Origin: Candidatus Thorarchaeota archaeon
GTDB taxonomy: Archaea; Asgardarchaeota; Thorarchaeia; Thorarchaeales; Thorarchaeaceae
Direction: 5' to 3'
Length of the DNA: 17,192 nt
Assembly (NCBI GenBank): GCA_016839605.1
Contig: JAEOTX010000046.1
Location: 1-17,192 of the forward strand
A program made the translations under genes and the position numbers. The first letter of the stretch is position 1. Every line of letters begins with the position of its first letter. Positions 15,101 through 17,192 of this stretch are shown piece by piece. Under the pieces are notes generated by a model. It was given only the letters and a program-made list of their open reading frames with translations. It had not been told where the DNA came from and made no database searches.

Positions 15101-17191
15101 TGCATAACTTGCATTGATTAAGAAGTCGCCAACAGAATCGAAATCATGAGCAAGAGTGCATTTCCCATCTGTGCCAGTCATCCTATTGGCAGCAACAACT
15201 ACAGTACCATTCGACCATAAGATCTCTATTGTCACTTGAGCACCATTCAAGGCTGTGCCACCCCAGTCAATCAATGTGACAACTATGCCCACCTGAGTCC
15301 CCTGTTCGATTGGAAGGATTGGAGTTGTGAGTTCTATCTCCGTGGCGCCCATTATAATGTCAGAAGAAGATATGCTAGCAGCCAATATCCAGTCTTGGGC
15401 CGAAACCATGACGGATGTTGACAGAGTCCCTGGTTCTGAAACTTGGACTAGGTGACTAATAGTTCCATCACCCTGAGTCGTGTTTGTGACATCGAGCAGC
15501 AGTTGGCCATTAATAGAGAAAAAAGTCCTGACTGATATCCCACTGACTCCTATGCTGTGGTAATCCATCAGTGATATGATAACATTGACGAGAGAAGGAG
15601 CTTTCTGGCCAGGCGTTACAATCACATCGATGCCCAGCTGCTCATAGACATCCTCATTCTGCGACGCAAGAGATGCGTCATACCAAGACTGTTGTCCTGA
15701 GGAGGCACGGATGCTGTTCAACCCTCTAAAGAGCGGAATCCATGCGATTCGATAGCGGCCCTCAGTAGTGATTCCGGACTCCTGAATCTGAATACTGCCT
15801 TGGGGGTCAAGAACTGTAACGGTTACAGACAGACCATCAATCGGAATACCAAGATGATCTCTAGCTGTGACCTCAATCCAGGTCTGTACACCAACCTCGG
15901 GGGTTTGAGTAATTGCCAGAGAGAGCGTAGCTGGCACCCGCAAAACAAAACTGGAAGAAGCATACGCGACTCCCCGAGACCCTGTTCCGGAGTACTCCGC
16001 TTCCAATCGATATGGCCCAGCAGAGTTGCCTACCCAAATGGTCTGCACATGACCAGTGGAGTTAGTCGTCAGAGTATGCTCATCAACAATAGTCGAAGGA
16101 AGGAGTATGAATCTAAGAGTAACAGCCTCACCAGAAACTGGACTTGAAGCCGAATCCTTCAATTGAGCCCAGATATCCCATGTGAAACCTACATGATTAT
16201 CACCGCTGATTCCTCCAACAGTAAGTGTGCTTTCTGACCACGAGGTAATCACTTCAGAGTCAATAGAAGTTTGCAGATATTCAGAAGCTGCAAAGACTGC
16301 ATCAAGTTCGTAAACTCCATTTTCGTTGAGAGAAATAGGCACTGATACGTATCCGGTTGAGTCTGTGGTCAAGTCAATATCGACTAGGGTGACAGAGGAA
16401 GGACTAGTCACAGTGACATGTACCACATACCCGGCTAGTGGAATGCCGCTCGAGGTTTCCAATCGGACCTCCAAGGAAACTGAAGTGTACTGATCCATAG
16501 TCCCAGTAGTGAGCCAATCGAGAACAGTGTCTTCGTATACATGCAGCAGACCTGATGACTCACAGCCAACGAGTGAACCATTCCCCAGAAAGGTGATTGT
16601 GTAACTGAAGTTACCTCGCTGACCTGGAGTCCAGTAGAACACGCTGCCTCCAGCAAAGGAAACTCCTTGTTCCGTATGGACTACTTGATCTAGCTCATTC
16701 ACGATTGTGATCGTAGTCAGCTGCGAGGCGATCTCTATCCCATTAGATGAGTAATGAAGAGACCAATCTATGTAGGCCTGTTGTCCCACAGACCCAGTGA
16801 TGAGCGAAGGAGAAAGCATGTAGCTATGGACCGGAGCTACTATGTCAACAGTGTCGCGAAGAATTAGCGCATCACAGTATTGGCGTTCCAAGGTCACTGT
16901 AAGGTTGTATGTCCCCGTGGTGAAATCATTAGACGGTACATGAAGGTCAAATGGTGACACATCCTGATACGACCATTGCTGATGGGTGGGCGGATCTCCC
17001 AGCCTCACTGTGATATTGGTGATGCCTGCGTAGGCTCCTGGTGCAATGGCCCAAGTTAATGTACAATTGATGAGGCTTCCAGCTGATACAATAGGAGTAT
17101 CGATAGCAAGAGACCCCTCCAAAATCCCCCGAACCTCCACGGTGGAAATGCCATAAGCTCGAGAGTGTCCCCAGTCACAAACAACAACATA
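12197..17191 (-). CDS. Very large cell-surface protein with tandem Ig-like repeats and a C-terminal TM anchor (5' partial)
   Basis: The frame stays open past 17140 to the window edge (YVVVCDWGHSRAYGIST-V...). Units of about 100 aa recur with L-x-D-x-x-G-x-P and G-x-Y-x-L-x-A-x-F-x-G-x3-Y-x-x-S motifs. The protein is S/T/V-rich with many N-x-S/T sequons and ends VPLVGGLGIIAAVAVLIW-KR plus a short tail. Confidence 0.88.
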   Translation of the reverse strand, partial: YVVVCDWGHSRAYGISTVEVRGILEGSLAIDTPIVSAGSLINCTLTWAIAPGAYAGITNITVRLGDPPTHQQWSYQDVSPFDLHVPSNDFTTGTYNLTVTLERQYCDALILRDTVDIVAPVHSYMLSPSLITGSVGQQAYIDWSLHYSSNGIEIASQLTTITIVNELDQVVHTEQGVSFAGGSVFYWTPGQRGNFSYTITFLGNGSLVGCESSGLLHVYEDTVLDWLTTGTMDQYTSVSLEVRLETSSGIPLAGYVVHVTVTSPSSVTLVDIDLTTDSTGYVSVPISLNENGVYELDAVFAASEYLQTSIDSEVITSWSESTLTVGGISGDNHVGFTWDIWAQLKDSASSPVSGEAVTLRFILLPSTIVDEHTLTTNSTGHVQTIWVGNSAGPYRLEAEYSGTGSRGVAYASSSFVLRVPATLSLAITQTPEVGVQTWIEVTARDHLGIPIDGLSVTVTVLDPQGSIQIQESGITTEGRYRIAWIPLFRGLNSIRASSGQQSWYDASLASQNEDVYEQLGIDVIVTPGQKAPSLVNVIISLMDYHSIGVSGISVRTFFSINGQLLLDVTNTTQGDGTISHLVQVSEPGTLSTSVMVSAQDWILAASISSSDIIMGATEIELTTPILPIEQGTQVGIVVTLIDWGGTALNGAQVTIEILWSNGTVVVAANRMTGTDGKCTLAHDFDSVGDFLINASYAGDGLNSSAISSAIQRVYMIPSMLLNHSPSCMLGETLQIYVGITDANQQHIVGRMLILSIEQNNIIVFETQVESIDGMETIHWDPVDRGIATMTLLHAGDPYYIANSTGSTISVLEIVSAELILDPSSIDLFTTAALRYTLLTAGTQSGVLIHFEVLGLDLVPVWTSNIVTNGSGVAEVFYFADDAHGILTIRASPTTDQFLIGGDTQEQLNVVTTCAIATSLVPDPPIAGQNVNITVLVIDQLGSPVENLDIVVSLDNPLGDPVKLGVWSNSITVTTSAGVAVLTFVPAMSGLYSVHLSCSGATSVHGFTDDTYHTVYSQSNVDIGVSETEIEVGDMLDITALLVDYQGSPMANRNITIIVDGPGGSMLGPTVVVTNSTGYSYWSVQLDDEGLWTVTAVFDGLGVYLAASDAVDVSVRYGTEIQASVISTGDVVAGITPVLLSLLLMDSGGTPLEGFTIDYSTYHDLLGLTLTDSVVQIGQDPIMLNITLDRMGNYTILLEFAGTAHYHASNAALRIWVYGTTNITVSVSSSIERSSDSYLTASFIDEVGSIIALDELNTSFELHGPAGTVDLTSRLLLTSTEIGISLEGLEVGQYTLNLTILASSLRVGSTTAVQFDVMAYTSFKVLDESFSGIIDDHHEFAFTLVDSLGDIAGGATVFVSLYTPDGREIHGSPLTTRTAYSISSEAISISWVPSLAGNYSLILVFEGETFWFSASVEFEVLVRYPIAIQIEHPVSMEFGQSIPLSITVSSGVFKIKDAPLTIRVWSDNALMLQQTALTGTRGGAEIALDGILAGNLTVEVVFYGTASYAPATSSIPLIVSPVLLIDLTPLNPVQVGLNCTLNVSYNVLGVTAGWNGGLEVLLLDPLDQVVDTWILAAHHFGYETIEFPVELQGEYRANITISNLPVVDQMSSILTFETISGTSSMPMDAGTVPLVGGLGIIAAVAVLIWKRVGVIVSKLPGEWES

Positions 17192-17192
17192 G

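Noticed and set aside
17138-17140. GTG start of the 1647-aa ORF
   Set aside because: The frame is open to the window edge and there is no signal peptide at this position, so the true start lies outside the window.

Overview
Gene-dense window that looks archaeal. The protein repertoire suggests an Asgard lineage such as Thorarchaeia, but that is inference and was not checked by search. In order it holds: the 3' end of a probable family-5 ABC peptide-binding protein, a DUF5658-like membrane protein, a 278-nt structured intergenic region, a helical hypothetical protein, a knotted-type (YgeW/ArgF'-like) transcarbamylase, a membrane-anchored penicillin-acylase-family Ntn hydrolase, two paralogous Gly-rich membrane proteins flanking a p24/GOLD-like membrane protein, flavodiiron protein FprA, rubrerythrin, a 640-nt intergenic region, a 667-aa protein with a C-terminal wHTH/Lrp-like module, and a 5'-truncated Ig-repeat surface protein of more than 1660 aa. 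Three signals stand out. (1) A 29-codon ORF missed by the ORF track (9938..10027) carries two identical DNPFTPPPEPW units that differ only at synonymous positions; it is followed by a terminator-like hairpin and then the putative regulator gene. (2) A candidate multi-helix ncRNA at about 1251..1429 ends in a tRNA-like minihelix plus ACCA. (3) The p24/GOLD-like protein has a dibasic C-terminal tail. All family calls come from motif recognition by eye; no database searches or folding programs were run.
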